This document shows positions 39,801 to 49,136 of a stretch of 62,415 nucleotides of DNA, in pieces; position 1 is the first letter of the stretch; every line of letters begins with the position of its first letter. The translations under genes were made by a program, and so were the position numbers. Below the pieces are notes generated by a model that was not told the origin of the DNA, searched no databases, and worked only from the letters and a program-made list of their open reading frames with translations. This stretch comes from a virus (lineage: Duplodnaviria > Caudoviricetes), in the IMG/VR virus record IMGVR_UViG_3300042314_001286, positions 1 through 62,415 of that record; one strand, given 5' to 3'.

Positions 39801-42800
39801 TCGTTAACATAAACGGCAAATATGTGGTAGATATGCAAAAAGAAAGGGAGTTAAACCCTAATCTTAGAGAAGAAGATTATAAAAAACGTAAAACTTCTTT
39901 TGGGGTAACTATGCCAATTAAACAAATACTTGGCGAATATAATTTATACGATAAAGCTTATCCAGATTTATTTAATAAGATATCTGTTGAATTTAAGAAT
40001 GATCCTAAAGACGACGAGTTTGCTGGTATGTATAATGAAAATACAAAGACTATAACAATTAACCTTGCTAATACTTCAGCTAAGAATATTAAAAGTCTTT
40101 TGATTCATGAAATGCAGCACGCTATACAAGTTGCTGAAGGATTTCCTGTTGGAGCTAATCCGAATGTATTCTTAGGTAACAAAGAGGAATTAAAAGCGGA
40201 AGCTCAAAAAGCTTATGATGCATACAAGGGCTTAGATGCAGAGTCTAAGAAATTGTACCACGAGAAAATTAATATTTCTCCATCATCTATTCCAGAGTTT
40301 AGTCCCTATTTAATAGCTGAAAATGATAGGACTGTTGAAGAGTTAAAGATTGCAGAAGAACAACTAGGTAAACTAGAAGATGCAAATCCTCTTTTTGATG
40401 CAAAGCCATTAATTGATCTAATTAAATCAAAGAGGTTTATATTAGAGAATGGAATTAATACTAAGGCTTATGAAATGAGCGCCGGCGAAGTAGAGGCTAG
40501 AACAGCTCAAGAAAGAGCAGGTATGACTGAAGAGCAGAGAAAGGGTAGCTTGATCTCTGACAATCAAAAGATAGCTCCTGAAGATCAGATTATTATAAGA
40601 AATAGAGTAATTGAAGGTAAGAAGCAGTTTGAAAAACTAGTTGAAGCTGCCGCACAACAAAGTGGGGTTAAGCAACAGATTGCTCCAAATGGTAAGCCCT
40701 CTAAGCTAACTGCTGCCCAATACGAGATGGTAAGAACTCCTGAGTTCAAAGCTTGGTTTGGTGACTGGGAAAATGATCCAGAGAATGCATCTAAGATGGT
40801 TGATGAAAACGGTGAGCCTAGAGTTTATTATCACGGAACATCGAAGGACAAAGATTTTACAGCATTTAAAATGCCAGCTAATGGAGCTTGGTTTACAGAT
40901 TCTCCATCGGTGGCAGGAGATTACGCAATACAAAATGATAGTCAAACATCTAAGTATGATTGGAGTTCAGGAAAGTATATTGACGTAAACACTTCTCCTA
41001 GAGTATTGCCTGTATTTTTAAATATAAAAAATCCGGTAGATTACAATACTACAAACATTCTAACTCCTGAGGACAGAAGTAAGTTGTTTGCCGCTAGAAA
41101 TTACAAAGCTGTTCAAAAAGAACTTTTCAATAAGATTATTTATAGCAAAACACTCGAGGAAAGGCAAGCTGGCTTGGGTGTAGATGGTTTATATTTTGAG
41201 CCGGGAGTAGTTGTTGCGTTAAACAATCCGTCTCAGATTAAATCTGCTACAGGTAATAAAGGGACATTTAATCCTGAGAAATCAGATATTCGTCAGCAAA
41301 TTTTTGGCAAACCAAAAGTTGAGCCGGGAACATCTGCTGCAAAAGAAGCTCAAAAGAAAGCTGAATCTACAACACTTAAAGAAGCTTGGCAAGCAGTTCA
41401 AAAAGAAGCTACTGAGCGTAACGTAAATGTTGCAGATGCATTAAAAGATGCTGATATGTTGCAGACATTCTACAATATGTATAATAAGGCTGGAGCGACA
41501 CCATTTGCTACAAGAATGTTTGCTGATGCTCACGCTGATATATATAATAAGCTAAGCAAAAAAGAGAAGTTATTCTTAGACGATATCATCTTGTTGCAAC
41601 GTACAATTGCTATTGACGACAACTTTGACAATAGAAAAGCCGCTGGCGAGAAAGTTGAGCGTCCGCTACATACATCTTTCAAAGATTATGCTACTAAGAA
41701 AGAGGTTCCTTTGTCTAAAGAAGAAGCTGTAAAGCAATTAGAATTCTTAAGAGACAAATACTTTAGCAATGAAGATTATGCAAAATTATTAGATCGCTCA
41801 AATAAATACTTTAAAGCGTTCTCTGATATATTAAAATACAAACTTGACAATGGCTTAATTGATCAAGGCGAGTATGATATGTACAAGAATTACAACTATC
41901 AGCCTCGTAAATTCTTGAAATTCTTATTAGGGGACACTCCTCAGTCGGCATTCAATACTCGCGGGGTACAAATTACTAAGGAGGAAATTGCAAAGATTGG
42001 CGAAGGGGATACTGGTTATATGATGACTGACTCTGAGAAGCTTCTTAAGATGGGATTTGTTTCTGCGGTAAATAAAGTATTCTCTAATAGGGCTATCTCT
42101 TGGATGGCTGAAGAGATGCAAGGCAAAAACCTGTCTTGGCTGAAGCCTGCTAATGTAGATAAATATGCTGATGGTACAGAAAAATTAAATCCAGACGGTT
42201 CTCCAAAGTTACAGGAGCCTAATGCAGGATTTAGAAATATGTATTATAAGAAAGATGGTAAGCGTTATGCAGTTCAATTAAAAGAATCTTTTGCGCGCGA
42301 ATTCCAAGATGAGGAAATGTGGGATACAAGAAATTGGTTATATCGCACATCAGTAAAGGCACTAGGTGCTAATATTACTTCTGCTATGGCAGTAGGTATC
42401 AACCCTGCATTTATCATCTCCAATATTCCAATTGATATCCTGTCTCAGGTTTATTACAATAACTTGTATTCTAGCAAGTTTGGTGTTATGGGGCAAATGG
42501 GCAAAGGTTTTAGCGGAGCAATTATTAACTCATTGAAGATTGCAAAAGCAAAAACAGGTAAAGGTGACAACTCTGATATATTAAACTTAATTAAAGAGTA
42601 CGGAGAAGCAGGTGGACTAATGAACACGCTTGCTTATGAGACAAATTTCTTAGGAAAGGTTGGGGATGCATTAGGTGCCCTTGGAAATGTTTCTGAGATG
42701 GCATCTAAGTTAACTGCTTACGAAAATAAGCGTAACGACTTAGTTAAAGAGTTTAAAAAGAAAAACGGCTCAGAACCAACCGGAGTAGAGTTTGAAAAGA

Positions 42801-44278
42801 TAAAATCTCAAGCAGCATATGAAGCGCGCGCGGCAATGGATTATCATAGAGGAGGTAGAACATCTAAGTGGCTTAGTGGATTGATTCCTTTCTTCAATGT
42901 AACCACTCAAGTAGGAAAGATATCTGCAACTTACATAAAGAATAACTTCCCTGCGTTCACTAAAAAGATTGCACAATCAGGATCAGCTGTGATGGCTCTT
43001 ACTTTGTACAATATGAAAATGGCTGGCGACGATTGGGAGAACGAAGATTTGAAAAGGGCAAAGCGCAATAAGTTGATTATTATGTCTCCATTTAAAAATG
43101 CAGATGGAACACATTCTTATACGCAAATTCAAGTACCAACTCCTATCAAAGCATTCTGGAATGTATTTCAAACTATGGCTGAGGCTGCTTATTACAAAGG
43201 ATACGCCCCTATGTTAGGCACCAAGGTTCCTCCTGTAGATAAGGATTACGCTAAAGAAATGATGGAATCATTGAAAATGTTTGTGCCGGTTGCTACATCA
43301 CAGATGCCTCCATTAGCTAAATTCTTTTATGAGTATGCTACGAATCAATCACTTTGGAATCAAAGAGCTTTAAGTCAAGATGCATTGAGAGTAATAACAC
43401 AAAGCGAAGAAGGCGAAGAGAATAAAGATGTATTATCTTTCTACAAAACGATAGCTCAAGGAGTATCTAAAATAACAGATGGTTCTATAGAAATTTCTCC
43501 TGAAAGATTCCAAAAAGCTTCTGAAGATGCATTCTTAACAAGCCCAGAGAATCAAGCTTTATTAGCTGGACTATACACTATTGCTGATCAGATGACTGAT
43601 TTGTATGTAGGTGGAGTAAACGAAAAAGTTAGATCTAAATATATTGAAGATGGAGACTTTACTGAAGCCGGGCAAGCTCTATTAAAAACATTTGGTAAGC
43701 GTATTATTGGAACAACAGATAAGACTAAAAACGAATCTTTTTTCGACGCAACAGAGGATAATAAATTCATTGATAAATTAAACCGTCAAACCAATAGCGA
43801 TAGGCAAGACATTGCGTATGAAATTAAGAAAATATTTAAAGCTTATAAAGACAACGATTTGCCATATACCGACGCAAGGCCAGAAATTATGGAATACTTC
43901 AAGTCTTTAAGTGACAGCAAGGATAAAGAATACGCAAGTAATTATATTGAAACTGTAATCGGTAAATCTAAAGTTGAATTGCTTGAGAATATGCCTAAGT
44001 ATTTAACAATAAAATATGGGGCTACTTCAGCAAATACAAAAGCAAGAGCTATCTATAGGATGTTTACTGAAAAAGGACAGGATCCGATGACTAATAGTGT
44101 GTTGCGAAAAGATTTATATAATATTGGATTTCGCGACGAAGTTGCAAAGCAATACAGGATAATTGCTGAAGAAAAAGGAAAGCAAATGGAAAGAGAAAGA
44201 AAAGCCAAAGGTTTGAAGCCTAAAGAAGAAGAAGGATTACCTGAAGGATTTAATCCAGCAGATTACCAACCTAAATAA
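36887..44278 (+). CDS. giant polyvalent ejection protein (zincin metallopeptidase, LPD23-like, ADP-ribosyltransferase-like, LPD38-like)
   Basis: HEITH (39065); TGW...WRYEI...HEMQHAIQ...AGEVEAR; RTPEFKAWFGDW...VDENGEPRVYYHGT...QIKSATGNKGTF; DYHRGG...IPFFN. Confidence 0.8.
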   Translation: MAELDATQMPEDIIPQEVLVDTPEVEAVDQEEQEKPKSGGKIQMATEEAKKELAKKYIPRKVVVSNQGKVEAPAVTVVEKATTETPKPVAQKVKETKQGDLLKPDTQDEQADYKKKYEEKEVAALVTGKKPSAPVDVKFELDRFLGGSPSSINWDAYEKSKQEEIRRAAAIAVQNDVDPNSDPSGVLTFLSRITPNAIKSGVVKAESELASFAGQILNEFEKAKQKPGGFAKSLGVEPEAPKPLAQGEIPTYKNLFEIGAKLAKRSEDYMFAAEINSGIQEKNVGKNASDLLFSSNPGDTWDGLTKLGLSVTQQLPQLIGLAATSSNPALMNALMFSTATGAALTEEYKKDKDISDVDAMQSWGKGLASTLIEKLYLGDIRALASAGGKIANLQMDGAKKVLKDFLDKNGKEKLRDEIKRTYFAASKDIVRNSFGEGGEEVLTAITDFVVDRTEDGKWDQEEYDKLLSNIKESALIGFATGFGVSAPLIKASVTPLTMEQKRKIASFRQVANDPTASKEIRESAQKHADDIIKFSADQVARKYTVMASLPLEKRKVAIDIAGKIQSLENGKAKLKDVDAEAVIDKDIDKLKQDWSKVIVGHAMETAAKDEAARVEAAKTTEVTAETTTPEVKLFNDTPEGRALISNYNATLKALNDKAKILIHSNALAMQAALIKGGMNPSLATAYANGGSHNGVNHSASSGLLATENGNPVIHVNAETANDLTIPHEITHVALADLAKNNPEQFIVMRDKLLKAMSSSNSKPLVEFASQYGKEDTAADAEQLRAEEFITQMVAELASEGKKIDINTLQAIAQAIKKFLLDVASKLNSPMLTTLVNDAFANTTSKQELVDFFNKFSEALASGRSLPTKTPMFDVGISPTRAAETMSNYVRQSILGEKGAAALDEYYNVNTRLNNLYRAKSLSLLGLTPAEVKIATGWELSKVDDMWRYEIEPSDMTIPLGLLSKAFTTGEFVVNINGKYVVDMQKERELNPNLREEDYKKRKTSFGVTMPIKQILGEYNLYDKAYPDLFNKISVEFKNDPKDDEFAGMYNENTKTITINLANTSAKNIKSLLIHEMQHAIQVAEGFPVGANPNVFLGNKEELKAEAQKAYDAYKGLDAESKKLYHEKINISPSSIPEFSPYLIAENDRTVEELKIAEEQLGKLEDANPLFDAKPLIDLIKSKRFILENGINTKAYEMSAGEVEARTAQERAGMTEEQRKGSLISDNQKIAPEDQIIIRNRVIEGKKQFEKLVEAAAQQSGVKQQIAPNGKPSKLTAAQYEMVRTPEFKAWFGDWENDPENASKMVDENGEPRVYYHGTSKDKDFTAFKMPANGAWFTDSPSVAGDYAIQNDSQTSKYDWSSGKYIDVNTSPRVLPVFLNIKNPVDYNTTNILTPEDRSKLFAARNYKAVQKELFNKIIYSKTLEERQAGLGVDGLYFEPGVVVALNNPSQIKSATGNKGTFNPEKSDIRQQIFGKPKVEPGTSAAKEAQKKAESTTLKEAWQAVQKEATERNVNVADALKDADMLQTFYNMYNKAGATPFATRMFADAHADIYNKLSKKEKLFLDDIILLQRTIAIDDNFDNRKAAGEKVERPLHTSFKDYATKKEVPLSKEEAVKQLEFLRDKYFSNEDYAKLLDRSNKYFKAFSDILKYKLDNGLIDQGEYDMYKNYNYQPRKFLKFLLGDTPQSAFNTRGVQITKEEIAKIGEGDTGYMMTDSEKLLKMGFVSAVNKVFSNRAISWMAEEMQGKNLSWLKPANVDKYADGTEKLNPDGSPKLQEPNAGFRNMYYKKDGKRYAVQLKESFAREFQDEEMWDTRNWLYRTSVKALGANITSAMAVGINPAFIISNIPIDILSQVYYNNLYSSKFGVMGQMGKGFSGAIINSLKIAKAKTGKGDNSDILNLIKEYGEAGGLMNTLAYETNFLGKVGDALGALGNVSEMASKLTAYENKRNDLVKEFKKKNGSEPTGVEFEKIKSQAAYEARAAMDYHRGGRTSKWLSGLIPFFNVTTQVGKISATYIKNNFPAFTKKIAQSGSAVMALTLYNMKMAGDDWENEDLKRAKRNKLIIMSPFKNADGTHSYTQIQVPTPIKAFWNVFQTMAEAAYYKGYAPMLGTKVPPVDKDYAKEMMESLKMFVPVATSQMPPLAKFFYEYATNQSLWNQRALSQDALRVITQSEEGEENKDVLSFYKTIAQGVSKITDGSIEISPERFQKASEDAFLTSPENQALLAGLYTIADQMTDLYVGGVNEKVRSKYIEDGDFTEAGQALLKTFGKRIIGTTDKTKNESFFDATEDNKFIDKLNRQTNSDRQDIAYEIKKIFKAYKDNDLPYTDARPEIMEYFKSLSDSKDKEYASNYIETVIGKSKVELLENMPKYLTIKYGATSANTKARAIYRMFTEKGQDPMTNSVLRKDLYNIGFRDEVAKQYRIIAEEKGKQMERERKAKGLKPKEEEGLPEGFNPADYQPK

Positions 44279-44280
44279 AG

Positions 44281-44427
44281 ATGATAAAGAAAACAGCAAA
44301 AGGATACAAAGTGGTATCTAAGACAACAGGGAGGAACCTAGGTGTTTCTCCCACTAAGGCGGGCGCTGAGAAGCGCGAGAAGCAGGTGCAATATTTTAAA
44401 TATTTAGCTTCTAAGAAGAAGAAATAA
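44281..44427 (+). CDS. 48-aa basic peptide (not in ORF track)
   Basis: MIKKTAKGYKVVSKTTGRNLGVSPTKAGAEKREKQVQYFKYLASKKKK; starts 2 nt after upstream stop. Confidence 0.7.
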   Translation: MIKKTAKGYKVVSKTTGRNLGVSPTKAGAEKREKQVQYFKYLASKKKK

Positions 44428-44455
44428 ATTGTAACTTTGAAAAAATAAAAGTATT

Positions 44456-44923
44456 ATGGCTAATCTATATGAAATTCAAAAAGGCGCTATGGTTAAGCAA
44501 GCCTTCGGGAAATTAATGAGCGACTACTCTCAGCCCGAGGGCGAAGACGAATCAAAAGAATCTCCTCAAGAGGAGTTGTTGTGCGAGATGTTAGAAGCTT
44601 CAGCGCAAGCTAAAGTATTTCATTGGCAAACAAGTTCCTTCGCAGAGCATGAGGCAATGGGAGAATTTTATAATGACTTCAATGGTTTGATGGATAAGTT
44701 TATCGAAGCATATCAAGGTTGCTACGGACGTATCATGGCAGGATGTGAAATGGAAGTTAAGCCATATACTATGGAAGCTCCTGTGGCGTTCTTAACAGAA
44801 TTTAAAAACTATATTTCAGGTGAAGCTAGAATGGTAGTGTTGGGTAACTCTGCATTGTCAAATATCTTAGATGAGATTAATGGCTTAGTAGGGCAAACAT
44901 TATACAGATTAACTTTTAAGTAA
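44456..44923 (+). CDS. ferritin/Dps-like protein (DUF5856-like)
   Basis: FHWQTSSFAEHEAMGEFY...DKFIEAYQG...NILDEI...TLYRL; TAACTTTG box at 44432-44439. Confidence 0.8.
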   Translation: MANLYEIQKGAMVKQAFGKLMSDYSQPEGEDESKESPQEELLCEMLEASAQAKVFHWQTSSFAEHEAMGEFYNDFNGLMDKFIEAYQGCYGRIMAGCEMEVKPYTMEAPVAFLTEFKNYISGEARMVVLGNSALSNILDEINGLVGQTLYRLTFK

Positions 44924-44924
44924 T

Positions 44925-45071
44925 ATGAAAAATGGCTTATACGCTAATATTCACGCTAAACGCGAACGAATTAAAGCTGGTTCTGGTGAAACAATGAGAA
45001 AGGTAGGTAGCAAAGGTGCGCCTACTGCAAAGCAATTCAAAGCTGCCGCAAAGACGGCTAAAAAGAAGTAA
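44925..45071 (+). CDS. 48-aa basic peptide (not in ORF track)
   Basis: MKNGLYANIHAKRERIKAGSGETMRKVGSKGAPTAKQFKAAAKTAKKK; 1-nt gaps to both neighbours. Confidence 0.8.
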   Translation: MKNGLYANIHAKRERIKAGSGETMRKVGSKGAPTAKQFKAAAKTAKKK

Positions 45072-45072
45072 T

Positions 45073-45387
45073 ATGTCTATCCGTGATTCAATACAGGCAA
45101 AGCTTGAGAGATACAATCTTTCTGGCGTCAATAAACCTAAGCGAGAAACATCTGGCGGTAAGTCTCACGTCGTATTAGCTAAAGAGGGAGATAAGGTAAA
45201 ACTTATTCGCTTTGGGCAAGCAGGCGTTAAGACGAATCAAACCGTCGGGCAACGTGAGGCATTCAAGTCTCGCCACGCAAAGAATATTTCTAAAGGAAAG
45301 ATGAGTGCAGCTTATTGGGCCAATAAAGTTAAGTGGGCTCCATCTAAGACAGCCTCATCATCTAAAAAATGGGTTAAAGGAAGTTAA
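45073..45387 (+). CDS. basic protein, DUF6321-like
   Basis: KSHVVLAKEGDKVKLIRFGQ...FKSRH...SAAYWA; likely start MSIRD. Confidence 0.75.
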   Translation: MSIRDSIQAKLERYNLSGVNKPKRETSGGKSHVVLAKEGDKVKLIRFGQAGVKTNQTVGQREAFKSRHAKNISKGKMSAAYWANKVKWAPSKTASSSKKWVKGS

Positions 45388-45389
45388 TT

Positions 45390-47864
45390 ATGGCAAGTAT
45401 ATTAGATTATTCGGGTGATCCTAAGAAGAAATATGGGGCTGTCGCTAAGAAGGATACCATTTTTATATCAGATCCCCAAGAGTATAAGCTAAGAAAGCAA
45501 GCATTTGCTGATAGTAGCTATGCTTTTAATAATCTTTCTACAACATTGTCTCCGCAAAAGCAATATCAAGACATCAAAAACTCTCAAGTAGAAGGAGCTG
45601 AAGTTCCGTATAGTAAACCAAAAGATCTAACAGATTCAGATAAAAAGAAATTGTTAAAATCTGGTGTAGGCTATAAAGGTATTGCCCCTGTTAAGGTAAT
45701 GAGATACGACGAAAAGGCTGAAGAAAGAAATGTTCTAAAAGGGCTAGATACTTCTGTTTATACAACAAGCGACAATATGGTTGCCGAAAATCCTTGGTAC
45801 AAGGATCCAACTCAAGTACCCATCTTCCAAGAAAAACCTAATTACATCGATCCTTTTACAATAGCTTCCAAGAAGATTGAGGAAATGCCTATTGATTCTA
45901 AAAGCAGGGTATTGGATCTGCCTGATATTAATTTTATTAATCAGCAAGAGATTGCTATGAATCAGCCTTCTCAGCCTGCTATTACTCCACAAATGAGTAA
46001 ACCTTCAGGCGCTGCTATTCAAGGGCAAAGACGCCCTGATTATGGACGTCAAATACGCAATGCTGAAGGAGAGAAATCTACTCGCGCGAAATTGATTGAC
46101 TTAATCTATGACGAGCAAGGAAATGTAAGGGATAAGAAGATGTACGGCAAGTACAAGAATGAGATTGCCAAGATGAACGCGGACGAGAATTACTTGATGA
46201 ACTTGTCTCCTTTGCCAGATGGTAACTTGACGGATGCTGATTGGAATAAAAATGAAGCTCCTATGCCAGCAACGCAAGAGGTTTCTGTTGAAAAACAACC
46301 TGAGCAAATTGTTCCTGAAAAATCTGTTCCTGAAAGCATTGAAAAAAAGCAAGCTCCTGAGGTAAAAACTCCTGTTAGTCCTAAATTTACTATTCCACCA
46401 ATTACTGAGCTAGATCTTCTTCTAGAGGTAGCAAAGCCAGAGCCTACAATAGAGGAAATGGACGCAGATGAAACATTTAAGAATGATAGCGAAAAAAGAG
46501 AATATGCAAAAAGATTTAAAAAATATAAGGATGAAGAGAGTAAAAGAGTAATTAAGCTCAAAAAATATTTAAATGAAGCAAAAGCCAAAAATGATATTAC
46601 TACAATTGAAAAAGTCTCTGAGGCACTAAATACAATTAAAAAATTTAATGACGACGCAGAAGCTAAAAAACCATTTTGGGTTGACTTGAAAAAGAAAAAC
46701 AAAGCGGCTTTTGAAGCGGCTGAAAAAGCAGAAGAAGATGAGATTCAAAAGTCAAGAGATGAAGAGAATGAAAAATGGGGAGATGTAAAATTGTCGGAAA
46801 ATTTAGATACATATAAGCCTACTTGGTTCCCTAAAAATGAAGTGACTTCTAGGTATGGAGTACCTTCTAAGACAGATAGCCCAGAAGCAAAGAAATTAAG
46901 ACAAGCAGCTAAAAGAGTGCTAAATACAGCAGATCTATCTGCGGACGAACTAAGAGATTGGTTTAGCCGAGGAAAAGGATTTGATATGCTTAAAAAATCT
47001 GTTGCAGAGGATTTAGCTTGGGAAAAAGGTATTGACGTTAAAGACGTTCCTGAAAAAGAAATATATGACGCAACAATGCAAAATATTTCAAATAGAACAT
47101 CTAGATTTCAAAATGCAAAACTTGGGTTTAATGAAAGTGCATCGGCAAAAGATAAATCAAAAACATTGGCTTTTGTAAATAACTATTTTAATGATAAATA
47201 TGAATTAGATGGAATCGGTAAATTAACCAAAGAGATACCGCTAGATAAAAGAAAAGAAGTACTATCCCCGTATTATTACAAGCCTATTGAATACGAAGAT
47301 GCCCCTAGTGCAACTTCTAATAAATTAAGAACTCCTAATTTAAATGTTCCTGAGTCTATTTTGAAATCTAGGTGGTTAGAGGATCCATCTTTCCAAAAAG
47401 CAACAGAAGATTTGATGAATCGTAAAATTTCTCAGGTTGAATTTCTTGAAAAAACCGATAACTTATATTTTAAAGGTGGATCTCAACCGCAAGTTATTAG
47501 ACACGAAGTTCGTCATTTAGCAGATGCTTTTATGCCAAAATCTGATAGACAATTTATACAGAAAATAGTTAGTCAAATAGATCCAAAAGATATTAAGTTA
47601 AATGCAGATGAGATTGTTTACCTTAGTGATCCACTTGAAATAATGGCAAGAATTGATCAGATTAGAAAACACTTTGCAAAAAAGAAAGAAGAGAAAAATG
47701 ATAAAACAGATTTTAAAGAAGCAATGCCTGATGTGCCCAGCGGAGCATATTTTGAATTAAAAGCTTTGGGTATGAAAGATGAGCAAATATTAAAAATAAT
47801 GAATAAGGTTTCAGCTAATCAACCTAAAAAGAAAAAAACTTTAATGGATGTAGCGTCTGCATAA
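45390..47864 (+). CDS. large charged protein with C-terminal zincin-like metallopeptidase motif
   Basis: RHEVRH at 47502 followed by YLSDPLEIMAR. Confidence 0.6.
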   Translation: MASILDYSGDPKKKYGAVAKKDTIFISDPQEYKLRKQAFADSSYAFNNLSTTLSPQKQYQDIKNSQVEGAEVPYSKPKDLTDSDKKKLLKSGVGYKGIAPVKVMRYDEKAEERNVLKGLDTSVYTTSDNMVAENPWYKDPTQVPIFQEKPNYIDPFTIASKKIEEMPIDSKSRVLDLPDINFINQQEIAMNQPSQPAITPQMSKPSGAAIQGQRRPDYGRQIRNAEGEKSTRAKLIDLIYDEQGNVRDKKMYGKYKNEIAKMNADENYLMNLSPLPDGNLTDADWNKNEAPMPATQEVSVEKQPEQIVPEKSVPESIEKKQAPEVKTPVSPKFTIPPITELDLLLEVAKPEPTIEEMDADETFKNDSEKREYAKRFKKYKDEESKRVIKLKKYLNEAKAKNDITTIEKVSEALNTIKKFNDDAEAKKPFWVDLKKKNKAAFEAAEKAEEDEIQKSRDEENEKWGDVKLSENLDTYKPTWFPKNEVTSRYGVPSKTDSPEAKKLRQAAKRVLNTADLSADELRDWFSRGKGFDMLKKSVAEDLAWEKGIDVKDVPEKEIYDATMQNISNRTSRFQNAKLGFNESASAKDKSKTLAFVNNYFNDKYELDGIGKLTKEIPLDKRKEVLSPYYYKPIEYEDAPSATSNKLRTPNLNVPESILKSRWLEDPSFQKATEDLMNRKISQVEFLEKTDNLYFKGGSQPQVIRHEVRHLADAFMPKSDRQFIQKIVSQIDPKDIKLNADEIVYLSDPLEIMARIDQIRKHFAKKKEEKNDKTDFKEAMPDVPSGAYFELKALGMKDEQILKIMNKVSANQPKKKKTLMDVASA

Positions 47865-48334
47865 TGCAACAATCCTCACATATTAAATATTGCCAATCGT
47901 GCGGAGGAGCACAAACTTATACTACAAAAGTTGAACTTAACAGGGCGACGAAGAAAAACACTCTTTGTCGCTCTTGTCGTAATAAGACAGCCTTAGGATT
48001 TAAAGGTAAGTATCGGGAAATACCTATTAGCTGGTTTGAGGAAAAAAGAAGGCGTTCAATTCAACGCGACAAGGAATGGGATATTACAATTGAATACATC
48101 TGGAAAATATACTTAAAGCAAGGTAAGGTGTGTGCATTATCTGGGTTGCCACTAGACTTTGATAAGGAGTCTGAAAACGGTATGGTATCAATCGATCGCA
48201 TTAACAACGATAAAGGATACGTTAAACGCAACGTACAGCTACTCCATAAGAAGGTTAATTTTATGAAGTACGTCTATACCCAGAAAGAGTTCATAGAAAT
48301 TTGTAACTTAGTAGCTTCAAAACATAAATGTTGA
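47864..48334 (+). CDS. HNH-like (His-Me finger) endonuclease
   Basis: CQSC/CRSC Zn motif; CALSG...SIDRINNDKGYVKRNVQLLHKKVNFMK. Confidence 0.75.
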   Translation: MQQSSHIKYCQSCGGAQTYTTKVELNRATKKNTLCRSCRNKTALGFKGKYREIPISWFEEKRRRSIQRDKEWDITIEYIWKIYLKQGKVCALSGLPLDFDKESENGMVSIDRINNDKGYVKRNVQLLHKKVNFMKYVYTQKEFIEICNLVASKHKC

Positions 48335-48341
48335 TAGTGGA

Positions 48342-48605
48342 ATGAAAAAGAGCGCCGCATACTACAAAGCAAATCCTGAGTCAAAAGCTAAGAAGGACGC
48401 ATATAATAAAGAGTTTAACCGCAAGCCAGAGCAACGCGCTAAACGTGCTGAACTTGTTAAGATAAACCGTGAGCGCGGAACATATGGAAACGGTGACGGC
48501 AAGGACGCATCACATACAAGCAAAGGTGTTGTAATGAAAAAAGCCTCCGTTAATAGAGGCTCTAAATCAGATTCTGCCGGCGATCGTCGCGCGCGAGGAA
48601 AGTAG
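48342..48605 (+). CDS. small basic HNH-related protein
   Basis: GDGKDASH...KASVNRG. Confidence 0.6.
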   Translation: MKKSAAYYKANPESKAKKDAYNKEFNRKPEQRAKRAELVKINRERGTYGNGDGKDASHTSKGVVMKKASVNRGSKSDSAGDRRARGK

Positions 48606-49136
48606 TTACTTCAGATCTTCCTCATAAATAACAAACATATTGTATTCAGGATTTCTTGGTGGCTTATACATCCCAAGTAATTCTATTGCCGGCATGAAGT
48701 ATCCGAAGAAGGTAGACTCCTTTGTCAGAGTAACTAACGCGACGAAGTCATTCTCGTCAGGTTTGAATACTATTGGATCTGATGGACGAAATACCCAGCT
48801 GTTACCGTAGCCACTTTCTGAACAAGATTTGACGTGAACCTTAGTGTCTCCGATCATTATATCTGCATCGTAATTCTTCTTGTAAGATTCGTATATGTTG
48901 ATGTCGGGGAATGTAGCGTTCTTCTTTTGCCTGTGCAAGAAATTCCATACAGCAAACTCCGCCATCTTACCTAGGTAAATATCACTTATTAACTTCTCAT
49001 CTTTAACGTTATTCTGCGTGCGGGATTTATACATATTCCCGGATGCACTATTGTAGAATACTTCTTTAGAGAATAGATTCGCTAATGCTTCTTGATATGT
49101 GCTAGGAGCGGTTAGCTTTAGTTTCTTTTGTGGCAT
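48606..49136 (-). CDS. hypothetical PD-(D/E)xK-fold protein
   Basis: GKMAEFAV...DADI...HVKS pattern. Confidence 0.5.
   Translation of the reverse strand: MPQKKLKLTAPSTYQEALANLFSKEVFYNSASGNMYKSRTQNNVKDEKLISDIYLGKMAEFAVWNFLHRQKKNATFPDINIYESYKKNYDADIMIGDTKVHVKSCSESGYGNSWVFRPSDPIVFKPDENDFVALVTLTKESTFFGYFMPAIELLGMYKPPRNPEYNMFVIYEEDLK

Noticed and set aside
37834-46702. Antisense ORFs in the track (e.g. 37834..38256, 46190..46702, 44937..45131)
   Set aside because: Shadow frames opposite well-supported genes, with no recognisable motifs.
4606-48605. Stop-codon reassignment as in some crAss-like phages
   Set aside because: Long genes are intact in the standard code; TAG and TGA end genes at sensible boundaries; no suppressor tRNA seen.
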